Assembly: GCA_023267595.1 (NCBI GenBank)
Contig: JAHFNB010000003.1
Location: forward strand, 2,165-66,164
Length of the DNA: 64,000 bases
Direction of reading: 5' to 3'
Origin: a bacterium
Lineage (GTDB): Bacteria > Patescibacteriota > Minisyncoccia > Phycocordibacterales > UBA5272
Part shown: positions 45,987 through 55,438 of the stretch, in pieces
Position numbering within the stretch: position 1 is the stretch's first letter
Layout of the letters: each line of letters begins with the position of its first letter
Made by a program: the position numbers and the translations under genes
The notes under the pieces: model-generated
The model's input: the letters and a program-made list of their open reading frames with translations, nothing else
Told to the model about the DNA's origin: nothing
Databases searched by the model: none

Positions 45987-48900
45987 TAATATCTCCACAT
46001 TTGAAGAACGATATAAAAATCTTAACAAAGAGCAGAAACATGCTGTAGACACTACAGATGGTCCAGTTATGGTCATAGCAGGCCCTGGAAGTGGGAAAAC
46101 AGAACTCTTGTCACTTCGTGTAGGAAATATCTTGAAACGAGGTACTGCACGACCATCAAATATATTATTACTTACCTTTACTGACACAGCAGCCGCAAAT
46201 ATGCGAGAACGTCTCGAATCTCTCATTGGTACAGATGCATATCGTGTTGCTATTTATACCTTCCATTCATTTTGTACAGATATTATTGGACGATACCCTG
46301 AATATTTTTTTGAAAATGCACACTTTAAACCTGCAAGTGATCTTATTCAAAGTGAAATAGTAGAAAGAATATTCAAAAATCTTCCTCATAAACATATTCT
46401 TGGTGGATATCACCCTGAACGAGGGTATGCATATCTCTATACTACTCAAAAAAAGATACAAGATATTAAAAAAGGAGGTCTTAGCCCATTACGATTTAAG
46501 GAATTATTAGAAGAAAATACAAAAGCATTGGAATTTCTTAATCCAATTCTTGCAAAATATCTTCCAGAACGTATTGGGAAAGATTCTTTGTCTTCATTTG
46601 AAAAACTTAGACAGGAATGCAAGAAAACAAATACAAGCCTAGGAAATGCATATGCACACACCATAGAAGAAACCTATAAAGAATGTGAAAAAACTGGAAA
46701 AACTACTCCATTTTCAACATGGAAAAGTGACTATACCGGAAAAGATGATAACGGGAAACGAGTCTTTAAAGATGCTTTAATGCTACCAAAGTTATATGCT
46801 CTTGCAGATATTTATGAGATGTATCAAGATGCACTTCATAAAGATGGCTATTTTGACTATGAAGACATGGTTCTTGAGGTAGTGTACGCGCTTGAAAAAC
46901 ATGTAACACTTCGCACAGAATTAGAAGAAATGTATCACTATATTATGGTAGATGAGTTCCAAGATACTAACAATGCTCAACTCTCATTAGTAAAAGCAAT
47001 ATCAAGCAACAAAGTACATGAAGGCAGGCCTAATGTATGTGTTGTAGGAGATGATGACCAAACCATCTATAAGTTTCAGGGTGCAGAAATAACAAACATT
47101 CACATGTTTAAAGAACTCTATAAAGATGTAGAAACGATCGTACTTACAGAGAACTACCGATCAACACAAAAGGTGCTTGATTTTGCGCGTAGCATTGTCC
47201 TTCAAGGAGTTAACCGTCTAGAAAATAGAGAGAAAATACGTAAAGACCTCGTTGCAAAAAATACAAAGTTAGAAAAAGGAAATATTCACGTACATTCTTT
47301 TACAAGTATTGAGGAGGAGTGTGCGTATATTGCACAAGAAGTAAAAACATTACTAGATAAAAAAGTTCCTGCACGAGAAATTGCTTTCATTGCTAGAAAA
47401 CATGATCAACTTATTACACTTCTCCCATATCTAGATGTACTTCATGTGCCTTATACCTACACACGAAAAGAAAATGTATTTGATGAACCACATGTACAAG
47501 AACTGATTATTCTCTGTAGATTTTTGGCAACCGTTGGAGACACATCATTAGAGCGAGATGATCTATTACCCCAAATACTTGCATTTCCATTTTGGAATAT
47601 TGACCGTATTGATATTTGGCGTATTGCAGAGTATGCAAAAAAAGAAAATATCTCGTGGTTATCTGCGATGCAAGTATCGGGTAATTCTTATATACAAGAA
47701 CTATCTCATTTCCTAATAGAATTAGGCATACTATCTCAAACATCTCCCCTTGAAATTATTCTTGATATGTTGATTGGAAGTAAAGAGATACCACTTACAA
47801 AAGAAAGCGAACATGATGATGATACACCGTACCTGTTTCCTTTACATCTTACAACGACATTTACTTCTCCTTATAAAGAATATTACTTTGGGAAAAATGC
47901 TTTAAAAGAAAATCCTAGTGCATACATAAACTTTCTCTCATCACTACGAGTCTTTATACAAGCATTACGAAACTACAAAGAAGGTGAATTACTACGAACT
48001 CATGATGTAGGGGCCTTTGTAGATCTGTACACTGATTACAATATACCACTTACCAATGACACTGTATTTGCGCATGATGAGAATTCTGTATCATTACTCA
48101 CATCACATGGTGCAAAAGGACTTGAATTTGCATACGTCTTTATCATTGGTGTTAACGACACAATATGGGCGGGGAAAAAGAGGGCTCAGTCACTTAATTT
48201 TCCGAGTAACCTTCCACTTGGTCCTGCAGGAGATACAGAAGATGACTTTATCCGACTTTTTTATGTAGCCCTTACTCGTGCGCGTCACACACTGTATATT
48301 ACTCACCACAACAGTCCATTTCGATTCTTATCTTCAACTGATATAGAAACTACTTCTCCAATGAGTCTAGAGAAAGAACTACTTACTAAAGGATTGCAGG
48401 TTTATCACATTCCACCATTTGCTCATGATGAAAAAGCATTATTGCAAAAAGTTGTAGAAAATTATATGTTATCACCTACACATTTAAACAATTTCCTTGA
48501 TATCACAAAAGGTGGACCACTTCTTTTTTTGGAACAAAATCTCTTACGATTTCCTCAAGCAAAAACAAGTAGTAGTGTGTATGGTAGTGCAATACATAAA
48601 GCATTAGAAGATACACATATTCTTACGCGTAAACATAATAAAGTACCTTCTCTTACCACTATCATAGATATTTTTGAAAAAGAATTACACAAAGGAAGAC
48701 TATTAGACTTTGAAGAAAAGAAATTACGTGAGAGAGGAGAAAAAATCCTTACTCGTTACTATGAACTTAAAAAAGATACCATACATGGGAAAGATTCAGT
48801 AGAACTCAATTTCAATAAACAATCTGTCATGATAGAGGGCGCATTACTTACAGGGAAAATTGACCAAATACAAGAAGATAGTAATGGTAACTGGACAGTA

Positions 48901-49281
48901 ATTGATTTAAAAACAGGAAAAGGAGTAGATGGATGGGATGCGTCAAAACTTTCATCATATGAAGAAATCAAACTGCACAATTATCGTCATCAACTGATGA
49001 TGTATAAGATCCTTGTAGAACATTCAAGGGACTATCATACGCACACGGTTATAAAAGGAATACTAGAGTTTGTCGAAGAAGAATCAGATGGGAAGATTCA
49101 AGAAATTTCTCTTTCATTTGATGATAAAGATACGAAGTATGAATTGGAAAAATTTAAAAAATTACTTGTTGCTGTGTATACAAAAATTGTCACTTTGGAT
49201 TTTCCAGATACTTCAGAATACAAACAATCAATAGATGGTATAAAAGAGTTTGAAGAAGATTTAATACAAGGGGTAATATAA
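45976..49281 (+). CDS. UvrD/PcrA-family SF1 helicase fused to a C-terminal PD-(D/E)XK nuclease (AdnB/AddA-like)
   Basis: AGPGSGKT, VDEFQD, VGDDDQTIY.FQG, ENYRS, HGAKGLEF and RLFYVALTRA; tail LSPTHLNNF..GSAIH..GKIDQI..IDLKTG..QL..Y. Confidence 0.9.
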   Translation: MKNNNISTFEERYKNLNKEQKHAVDTTDGPVMVIAGPGSGKTELLSLRVGNILKRGTARPSNILLLTFTDTAAANMRERLESLIGTDAYRVAIYTFHSFCTDIIGRYPEYFFENAHFKPASDLIQSEIVERIFKNLPHKHILGGYHPERGYAYLYTTQKKIQDIKKGGLSPLRFKELLEENTKALEFLNPILAKYLPERIGKDSLSSFEKLRQECKKTNTSLGNAYAHTIEETYKECEKTGKTTPFSTWKSDYTGKDDNGKRVFKDALMLPKLYALADIYEMYQDALHKDGYFDYEDMVLEVVYALEKHVTLRTELEEMYHYIMVDEFQDTNNAQLSLVKAISSNKVHEGRPNVCVVGDDDQTIYKFQGAEITNIHMFKELYKDVETIVLTENYRSTQKVLDFARSIVLQGVNRLENREKIRKDLVAKNTKLEKGNIHVHSFTSIEEECAYIAQEVKTLLDKKVPAREIAFIARKHDQLITLLPYLDVLHVPYTYTRKENVFDEPHVQELIILCRFLATVGDTSLERDDLLPQILAFPFWNIDRIDIWRIAEYAKKENISWLSAMQVSGNSYIQELSHFLIELGILSQTSPLEIILDMLIGSKEIPLTKESEHDDDTPYLFPLHLTTTFTSPYKEYYFGKNALKENPSAYINFLSSLRVFIQALRNYKEGELLRTHDVGAFVDLYTDYNIPLTNDTVFAHDENSVSLLTSHGAKGLEFAYVFIIGVNDTIWAGKKRAQSLNFPSNLPLGPAGDTEDDFIRLFYVALTRARHTLYITHHNSPFRFLSSTDIETTSPMSLEKELLTKGLQVYHIPPFAHDEKALLQKVVENYMLSPTHLNNFLDITKGGPLLFLEQNLLRFPQAKTSSSVYGSAIHKALEDTHILTRKHNKVPSLTTIIDIFEKELHKGRLLDFEEKKLRERGEKILTRYYELKKDTIHGKDSVELNFNKQSVMIEGALLTGKIDQIQEDSNGNWTVIDLKTGKGVDGWDASKLSSYEEIKLHNYRHQLMMYKILVEHSRDYHTHTVIKGILEFVEEESDGKIQEISLSFDDKDTKYELEKFKKLLVAVYTKIVTLDFPDTSEYKQSIDGIKEFEEDLIQGVI

Positions 49282-49371
49282 ACAAAAGTTCTCTTGACGA
49301 CTTTTACTGTAAGTGGTAGTTTTACATAAATAGTTGTTTTCTGTAGGCCAACTTTTGGAGGAGGAAGCATT

Positions 49372-49758
49372 ATGCACGAAGGAGGAAGGATGGAACCGAC
49401 CTCGAGGGAATATTTCTTTGCCCACTCGAGAGATGAGATTTTCATACATCTCTTGGATGCACAAAAGAAATTTTTTCCGATGGGAAGAGTGAAGCAAAGT
49501 TTTCCCATAAACATTTTTTCTTCAAACCCATTTCCCGATTCTCGGGAGGAATGGTTTGGGGTCAGGATCGAAATTCCGAAAGAAGTCATGAGGAAGAAAT
49601 ACTTTCTCTTCGGAAATCTTGTTCCTGTCATTATCTGGGATCCTGTAGTCACTGTACAATCGCGCCCGTATCCCGAGCAAGGTCTCGTACTGTACACGAG
49701 AAATGAAGGTAAAAACCTTGAAGAGAAAATCCGAAAAATGACAGGGATACAATACTGA
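49372..49758 (+). CDS. Orphan hypothetical protein
   Basis: TTGACG-17-TAGTTT promoter, GGAGGAGG SD, hairpin at 49776-49805; GC-richer codons. Confidence 0.6.
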   Translation: MHEGGRMEPTSREYFFAHSRDEIFIHLLDAQKKFFPMGRVKQSFPINIFSSNPFPDSREEWFGVRIEIPKEVMRKKYFLFGNLVPVIIWDPVVTVQSRPYPEQGLVLYTRNEGKNLEEKIRKMTGIQY

Positions 49759-49846
49759 TGAAAGAATCATTCCAGATGCCGCACAACGCAAGTTATGTGC
49801 GGCATTCTCTATTCTAGTGTGATAACGTATACTAACTATCAATACT

Positions 49847-50728
49847 ATGGGAGATAAATATACTGCTGTTTGGGTATCACATTCATCAATGGGAGATTTT
49901 CTTAAATGTCCTAGACTTTACTATTTACACAATATGTACAAAGACAAGAAAACAGGGCACAAAATAACTATTGTGAATCCTCATATGGCGCTTGGTGTTG
50001 CAGTACATGAAGTATTGGAATCTCTGGGTGATTATCCTGCACATGAACGTATGAAGCAGGATTTACGCGCAGATTTTGAAGAAGCATGGAAAAAAGTAAG
50101 TGGAAAACTAGGAGGGTTCATCACAGATACTGAAGAACAGGAGTTTAAAGAGCGTGGCATAAAAATGTTGGAAAATGTACAAAAGGATCCAAAGTTTCTC
50201 ATTAATAAACGTATCAAACTTCCACGCGAAACTATGAATCCAAACTTTTTTTTAAGTGAAGATCATAATATTATCTTAAATGGTCTAGTGGACTGGATAG
50301 AATATTTACCCGATGACACATTACATATCATTGATTTTAAAACAGGAAAGAAAGAGGAAAGTGATTCATCTCTACAACTTCCTATCTATTTACTGCTCTG
50401 TAATGCATTACAAAAAAGAAAAGTGACAAAAGCCAGTTATTGGTATTTAGAATCAGGAAATGTAGTAGAAAAAGAATTACCTGATGCAGAGACTGCGTAC
50501 AGAGACGTCATGGATGTGGCACTCAAAGTAAAGGAGGCACGTAAGTTAGCAAAAAGGGATGGAGAAGATAAAGTATTTATTTGTCCAAAAGGTGCCTATG
50601 ATCCAATAACGAAAGAAGGTGGATGTTTTAACTGTATTCCTTATGAAAAGATTCTAACAGGGGATGAAAGTGTAGAATTTGTAGGAACAGGAGGATTCAA
50701 TCAGGATATGTATATGGTAAAGAAATAA
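49847..50728 (+). CDS. PD-(D/E)XK nuclease, RecB/AddB/Cas4-like, with a probable 1+3 Cys Fe-S staple
   Basis: SHSS..FLKCPR, GVAVH, GLVDWI..IIDFKTG, LQLPIY and the C-terminal C...CFNC. Confidence 0.85.
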   Translation: MGDKYTAVWVSHSSMGDFLKCPRLYYLHNMYKDKKTGHKITIVNPHMALGVAVHEVLESLGDYPAHERMKQDLRADFEEAWKKVSGKLGGFITDTEEQEFKERGIKMLENVQKDPKFLINKRIKLPRETMNPNFFLSEDHNIILNGLVDWIEYLPDDTLHIIDFKTGKKEESDSSLQLPIYLLLCNALQKRKVTKASYWYLESGNVVEKELPDAETAYRDVMDVALKVKEARKLAKRDGEDKVFICPKGAYDPITKEGGCFNCIPYEKILTGDESVEFVGTGGFNQDMYMVKK

Positions 50729-50787
50729 GGCTTTTGCGGAATACTGTCTAAAATAGAGACTATCATATTTACTTTTAGTTATCCACT

Positions 50788-50813
50788 TGTAGTAGAACAA
50801 ATGTTCTACTACA
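50788..50813. promoter_or_regulatory. Palindromic LexA-type operator (GAAC-N4-GTTC) inside the lexA promoter
   Basis: TGTAGTAGAAC-aaat-GTTCTACTACA overlaps TTGTAG (-35, 50787) and TACACT (-10, 50810). Confidence 0.8.
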
Positions 50814-50821
50814 CTGTAGAT

Positions 50822-51385
50822 ATGGATGATAGAGAAAAAATAATCACATATTTTGCTACACATGAGAGAATGCCAACTTATGAAGAAATGAAAAAGGTTT
50901 TTGGAGTTGCTTCCAAAAATACTGTTTCTTACAAAGTAGAAAAATTAATCGAGGAAGGAATAGTCAAGAAAGAAGGACGCAGGTTATCTATGGTATCTAC
51001 TGGTACCATAATGAAACTAGGAACTGTACAAGCAGGATTCCCATCACCTGCGGAGCATTCTGAAATGGATCTCATTTCACTGGATAAAATGCTCATACGA
51101 AAGAGGACGCCAACGTACATGATAGAAGTGGTAGGTGAATCTATGAAGGATGCAGGAATATTTGCAGGAGATTTTGTCCTCGTAGAACGTGGAAGAAAAC
51201 CGCTTGTTGGAGAAATAGTACTTGCTCTTGTAGAAACTGAATACACCCTCAAATATTTCCAAGTAGAAAAGGGGAAACCTGTTCTTGTTCCTGCTAATAA
51301 AGCCTTTAAAAAAATATATCCAGACCCTGAAAAATTACGCATAGAAGCAGTACTCACTGCAGTTATCAGAAAATATTACAGATAG
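50822..51385 (+). CDS. lexA: LexA-family repressor (winged HTH + S24 peptidase)
   Basis: MPTYEEM..FGVASKNTV HTH; VQAGFPSPA cleavage site; GESM Ser and YTLK Lys. Confidence 0.88.
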   Translation: MDDREKIITYFATHERMPTYEEMKKVFGVASKNTVSYKVEKLIEEGIVKKEGRRLSMVSTGTIMKLGTVQAGFPSPAEHSEMDLISLDKMLIRKRTPTYMIEVVGESMKDAGIFAGDFVLVERGRKPLVGEIVLALVETEYTLKYFQVEKGKPVLVPANKAFKKIYPDPEKLRIEAVLTAVIRKYYR

Positions 51386-51401
51386 GTATATACTGCATGT
51401 A

Positions 51402-51839
51402 ATGGAAGAATATACATCAAAAAAGAAGCAATTATACCTTGTGAGTTTCTTCCTCATACTTCTTGCTTTTATCATTGGATGGACATTTTCAAAAAATTCT
51501 CACACAACCAAAATTACCAACCCAGAAGAAATAGAACAGTATGTTGGGGATATTTATAAAAATATGAATTCTGACTTGTACGCATCAATAGATGATAAAA
51601 AATTTGTACAATTTGCAACTACTACTATAGAAAAGAAATGTCCATTTTATAAGCCAGATGGCATAACGTATAGAGCATGTTTATCTGACTGGGAACAAGA
51701 ATTAGAAGGGAAAAATCTTGTAGAACAAAATGATGAAATACATGCATATTGTTCGACTTTTACCCAAAAATATACTGACGAAACATCACTTGCAGGACAA
51801 GAACTATTCTTAAAATGTGCAATTTATAAATCGCAATAA
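51402..51839 (+). CDS. Membrane-anchored hypothetical protein with four Cys
   Basis: N-terminal TM; 145 aa. Confidence 0.6.
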   Translation: MEEYTSKKKQLYLVSFFLILLAFIIGWTFSKNSHTTKITNPEEIEQYVGDIYKNMNSDLYASIDDKKFVQFATTTIEKKCPFYKPDGITYRACLSDWEQELEGKNLVEQNDEIHAYCSTFTQKYTDETSLAGQELFLKCAIYKSQ

Positions 51840-51889
51840 ACAGGGGAAAAATATCCTAGAACAAAGATGATACGTAGTATACTTATACT

Positions 51890-54613
51890 ATGAGCATACC
51901 TTTTCGGTACACTGTTAGAAATCTCACACGTATTGTCTTTCTCTCTCTCGTATACTTCCTCTCTTTTGAAACTCTATTTGCTGCACAAGTAAACACTATT
52001 ACAAGTCCACAAAGTGGTATGGTATATCAAACAGGAAAACCAGTAACACTTTCTGGAATCTATAGTGAAGACGCAGGTGGTAGGAACTTTTACATTCTAG
52101 ACTGTAATGGAACCAATCAAGAATGTTTTGAAAATCCTGGTGTTATAAAATATGATACAGGTAGTAATGCATCTCCAAATGGCGCATTTACATTTTCTCT
52201 AGGGACACTTGCAAATGGATCACATTCATTACGATTTGGAACAGTGGTATCTAATGGTTGTGGAATTGGTGCAGGAGTATGTACACTATCATTTCGAATC
52301 TCTGGGCCCATCACTTTTTCTGTTGGCACTGTAACAAGTACTGCTTCAGCAGTTGGAGTAGGTGGATATACTTGTGGACCTGCTCATGGAGTACCTGTAA
52401 AAACTGCGCCGACAATTAATTCTGATCTTTGTAAAGCAGGAAATGCAGGATCTGGAGTTCCAGGGGAGGTTACTGATAAAGGAAGTACATGGAATTGGAA
52501 CTGTTATAGTTCCACTGAAAAAATGTCCTGTACAGAATATCAAGACACATTCAGTTGTATTTCTAGTCGTTCAAAAAATGGAAACTACATATCCTGTAGT
52601 GCTCCAAAACTAACAACGAGTGCTCCTGTAGCAGTGAGCATATTTACCAATACTCCAAAAGTTTCTCTTATAAGTTCTGTCGCACAGGTTCAATTGGGAG
52701 GATCTCACACACTTACTTGGAATAACCAAGAAGTTACTGGATGTTCTGCGAGTGGAGACTGGTCAGGGGATTATAAAGGTCTCTCTGGTTCCCAAACATT
52801 TTCAAATATTACAACAAATAAAAAATATATACTCACATGTCTTACAAATCTTGGAGAGCCTATAACAAGTACCGTTACTATAACTATTATTCCTCCAACA
52901 TGTACAACATCATCTGAGCAACAAACAATTTCATGTACAAATACTCAAACAGGATCAATAGTACAAACAAGAACAAGTAGTTGTCCTAATCCATACGGAA
53001 CACCAGTGTGGTCTACATGGAACGACACTACAAATTCCTGTAAACAAATACCGATTCCAACTGCCACTATAAATGTGAATACTTCTACTGTTCCATCTGG
53101 TTTGGGAGTGGCTATTACATGGTCATCTTCTTTGGCAACCACTTGTGAAACCTCATGGAATGGCCCAAATCAGCCTACAAGTGGAAGTATTTACACAGGT
53201 GCACTCATTGGACCACGTACAGAAACATACTGGATAAATTGTCAAAATACTGGGGGGTCTTCAGGAAGAATATCTAAAGTAATTACAGTCTTATCTCCAC
53301 CAGAAATAATAACACCACCTAGTCCTCCTACTGTTACTATTGTTCTAGATCCTCCAACAATTACACAAGGAGATATTATTCATGTACGTTTTACTTCATC
53401 AAATGCATCATCATGTACTAATTCATGGGACACGATGACTTCCACAGTTGGTGATACTGTTGTATCACCACAAACCAATACACTCTATTCAGTAACATGC
53501 ACAGGACTTGGTGGATCTATAACACAATCATCATCAGTAACTGTTAATCCAAAAATAATTTCTCCTCTAGTTACACAAACACCAAAAAAACAACCAGAAT
53601 CAGTTACGACAGAAATTCAACCTACTCAACAAGCACCAACTCCAAATATAGTAGTACCAGAACCAACAAGGACAACAGTGGAAACACCTGTACCAACTCC
53701 TACTTCTACAGAAAAAATAGAACCTAATACTCAAACAGAATATCGTCGAACAATCATACAACCAACACAACCACAATCTGATGCCTTACCAATTGCTAAA
53801 CCATCAGAACCTCAAACAACATCTGTTCCAACTTCACCTACGAAACAAACAGACGTGCAGCAAGTACAAGATATTCCTGCACCATACACTATAAAACCAA
53901 ACCAACAAAGTAATATTCAAATAACACAAGATGGTATGCCTGCTATCTCATTTACTGCAGATGCTACCCATATTTCTTATGATGATTCAGTTACATTACA
54001 ATGGTCTACACGAAATGCTACCGGATGTCGAAGTATAGGTCCATCATGGCCATCAGTTTATAAAGCAGTACAAGGAAAATATTATATAGGTAATCTAACT
54101 GAAACTAAAACGTTTATTCTTACATGCAAAAACGAAACATTTGCTGCAACAACATCTCTTACTATTACTGTTGATCCAAAACCTGCAAGCACATTAAATA
54201 TCACACGACCAAGTAGTATGCCGACAATAGTACCATTCCAAACATCTTCCCAAGTACAACAAACCTCACAAACAAAAACTGCTCCTACAACAACATCTGA
54301 AACACCAAATCAAACAAATACTACTTCTGCTACTTCAAATACATCTCCTACCGTAAAACAACCAGAATCTAAACCAGTCGTATTATCTCCGTATGTAAAC
54401 TTTTTCTATACAATAATTAATGGAAATGTCATTCTCAAGTGGGACACAAGAAATGTTACTTCATGTTATTCCTCTGGCGCTTGGTCTGGATACCAAGCAT
54501 TACAAGGAACTAAAAACATAGGCTCTTCCGTAACAGGGAAGACCTATACACTTACCTGTAAAGGATCATACCCACTCAGTCGTTCTGTTACTATAAAAAC
54601 AAAAGGACTATAA
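51890..54613 (+). CDS. Large secreted Cys-containing Ig/PKD-like repeat protein with Pro/Thr linkers
   Basis: Signal peptide; repeated (T/I)L.W...A..C..S..W....G.....T..Y.LTC units. Confidence 0.75.
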   Translation: MSIPFRYTVRNLTRIVFLSLVYFLSFETLFAAQVNTITSPQSGMVYQTGKPVTLSGIYSEDAGGRNFYILDCNGTNQECFENPGVIKYDTGSNASPNGAFTFSLGTLANGSHSLRFGTVVSNGCGIGAGVCTLSFRISGPITFSVGTVTSTASAVGVGGYTCGPAHGVPVKTAPTINSDLCKAGNAGSGVPGEVTDKGSTWNWNCYSSTEKMSCTEYQDTFSCISSRSKNGNYISCSAPKLTTSAPVAVSIFTNTPKVSLISSVAQVQLGGSHTLTWNNQEVTGCSASGDWSGDYKGLSGSQTFSNITTNKKYILTCLTNLGEPITSTVTITIIPPTCTTSSEQQTISCTNTQTGSIVQTRTSSCPNPYGTPVWSTWNDTTNSCKQIPIPTATINVNTSTVPSGLGVAITWSSSLATTCETSWNGPNQPTSGSIYTGALIGPRTETYWINCQNTGGSSGRISKVITVLSPPEIITPPSPPTVTIVLDPPTITQGDIIHVRFTSSNASSCTNSWDTMTSTVGDTVVSPQTNTLYSVTCTGLGGSITQSSSVTVNPKIISPLVTQTPKKQPESVTTEIQPTQQAPTPNIVVPEPTRTTVETPVPTPTSTEKIEPNTQTEYRRTIIQPTQPQSDALPIAKPSEPQTTSVPTSPTKQTDVQQVQDIPAPYTIKPNQQSNIQITQDGMPAISFTADATHISYDDSVTLQWSTRNATGCRSIGPSWPSVYKAVQGKYYIGNLTETKTFILTCKNETFAATTSLTITVDPKPASTLNITRPSSMPTIVPFQTSSQVQQTSQTKTAPTTTSETPNQTNTTSATSNTSPTVKQPESKPVVLSPYVNFFYTIINGNVILKWDTRNVTSCYSSGAWSGYQALQGTKNIGSSVTGKTYTLTCKGSYPLSRSVTIKTKGL

Positions 54614-54684
54614 ATAAAATAAGGGGAAAGAATAAATATCTTAAATTTACCAAAATACAATAAATATGCTATAATGTCTAGTAT

Positions 54685-55434
54685 ATGAAAACTAGTGTTT
54701 ATCTTTACGGTAAAAACCCTTTACAAGAAGCAATTCTCGCACATAAACGAGGATCACCTCTTACTATTGAAAAACTATTTCTTACCAAAGAAATATCTCA
54801 AGACCCAAGTATTGTGAGTTACCTTCAAACATATAAACTTGAAACTGAAATAGTAACATCCTCAGAAATAGAAAGTATGGTTGGTAGAAATGCTATACAC
54901 CAAGGAATATGTGCACTACTTAAGGAGCATCTACTTTATACACCACTTGAGCAAGTACTTGCAAAAATAAAGATCTCATCTACAAATAATCTTTTCGTAC
55001 TTCTTGATGAACTAGAAGACCCACATAATGTCGGTGCAATCATTCGTAGTGCTTCTGCATTTGGTGCACAAGCAATATTGTTACCTGAACATGACCAAGT
55101 ACAATTAAATGGCACTGTTATAAAATCTGCTTCTGGTATGAACTTTACTATTCCTATAGTACGAATTGGAAATATCAATACAACGCTTCGAAAATTAAAA
55201 GATGAGGGGTTTTGGATTTATGGTTTAACAGGAAATGGTGATACAAAACTTAATGAAACAACCTTTGATAGTAATACAATTCTCGTAGTAGGTAGTGAAG
55301 GATCGGGTATCCGTGAAAAAACACTTGAACTTTGTGATTTTAAAGTATCTATTAGCACAAGTGAACTTTGTGAATCATTAAATGCATCGAACGCAACTGC
55401 AGTCACTCTGTACGAATGGAGAAAACAAAACTAA
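54685..55434 (+). CDS. rlmB: 23S rRNA 2'-O-methyltransferase RlmB (TrmH/SpoU family)
   Basis: LYGKNP, HQGI, LDELEDPHNVGAIIRS, VGSEGSGIR and ESLNASNA motifs. Confidence 0.9.
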   Translation: MKTSVYLYGKNPLQEAILAHKRGSPLTIEKLFLTKEISQDPSIVSYLQTYKLETEIVTSSEIESMVGRNAIHQGICALLKEHLLYTPLEQVLAKIKISSTNNLFVLLDELEDPHNVGAIIRSASAFGAQAILLPEHDQVQLNGTVIKSASGMNFTIPIVRIGNINTTLRKLKDEGFWIYGLTGNGDTKLNETTFDSNTILVVGSEGSGIREKTLELCDFKVSISTSELCESLNASNATAVTLYEWRKQN

Positions 55435-55438
55435 TACT

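Noticed and set aside
41413-50787. DnaA-box-like 9-mers (41413-41421, 45206-45214, 50779-50787) as a replication origin
   Set aside because: They are isolated 8/9 matches with no cluster and no dnaA/dnaN nearby. They could be regulatory, but this cannot be supported from sequence alone.
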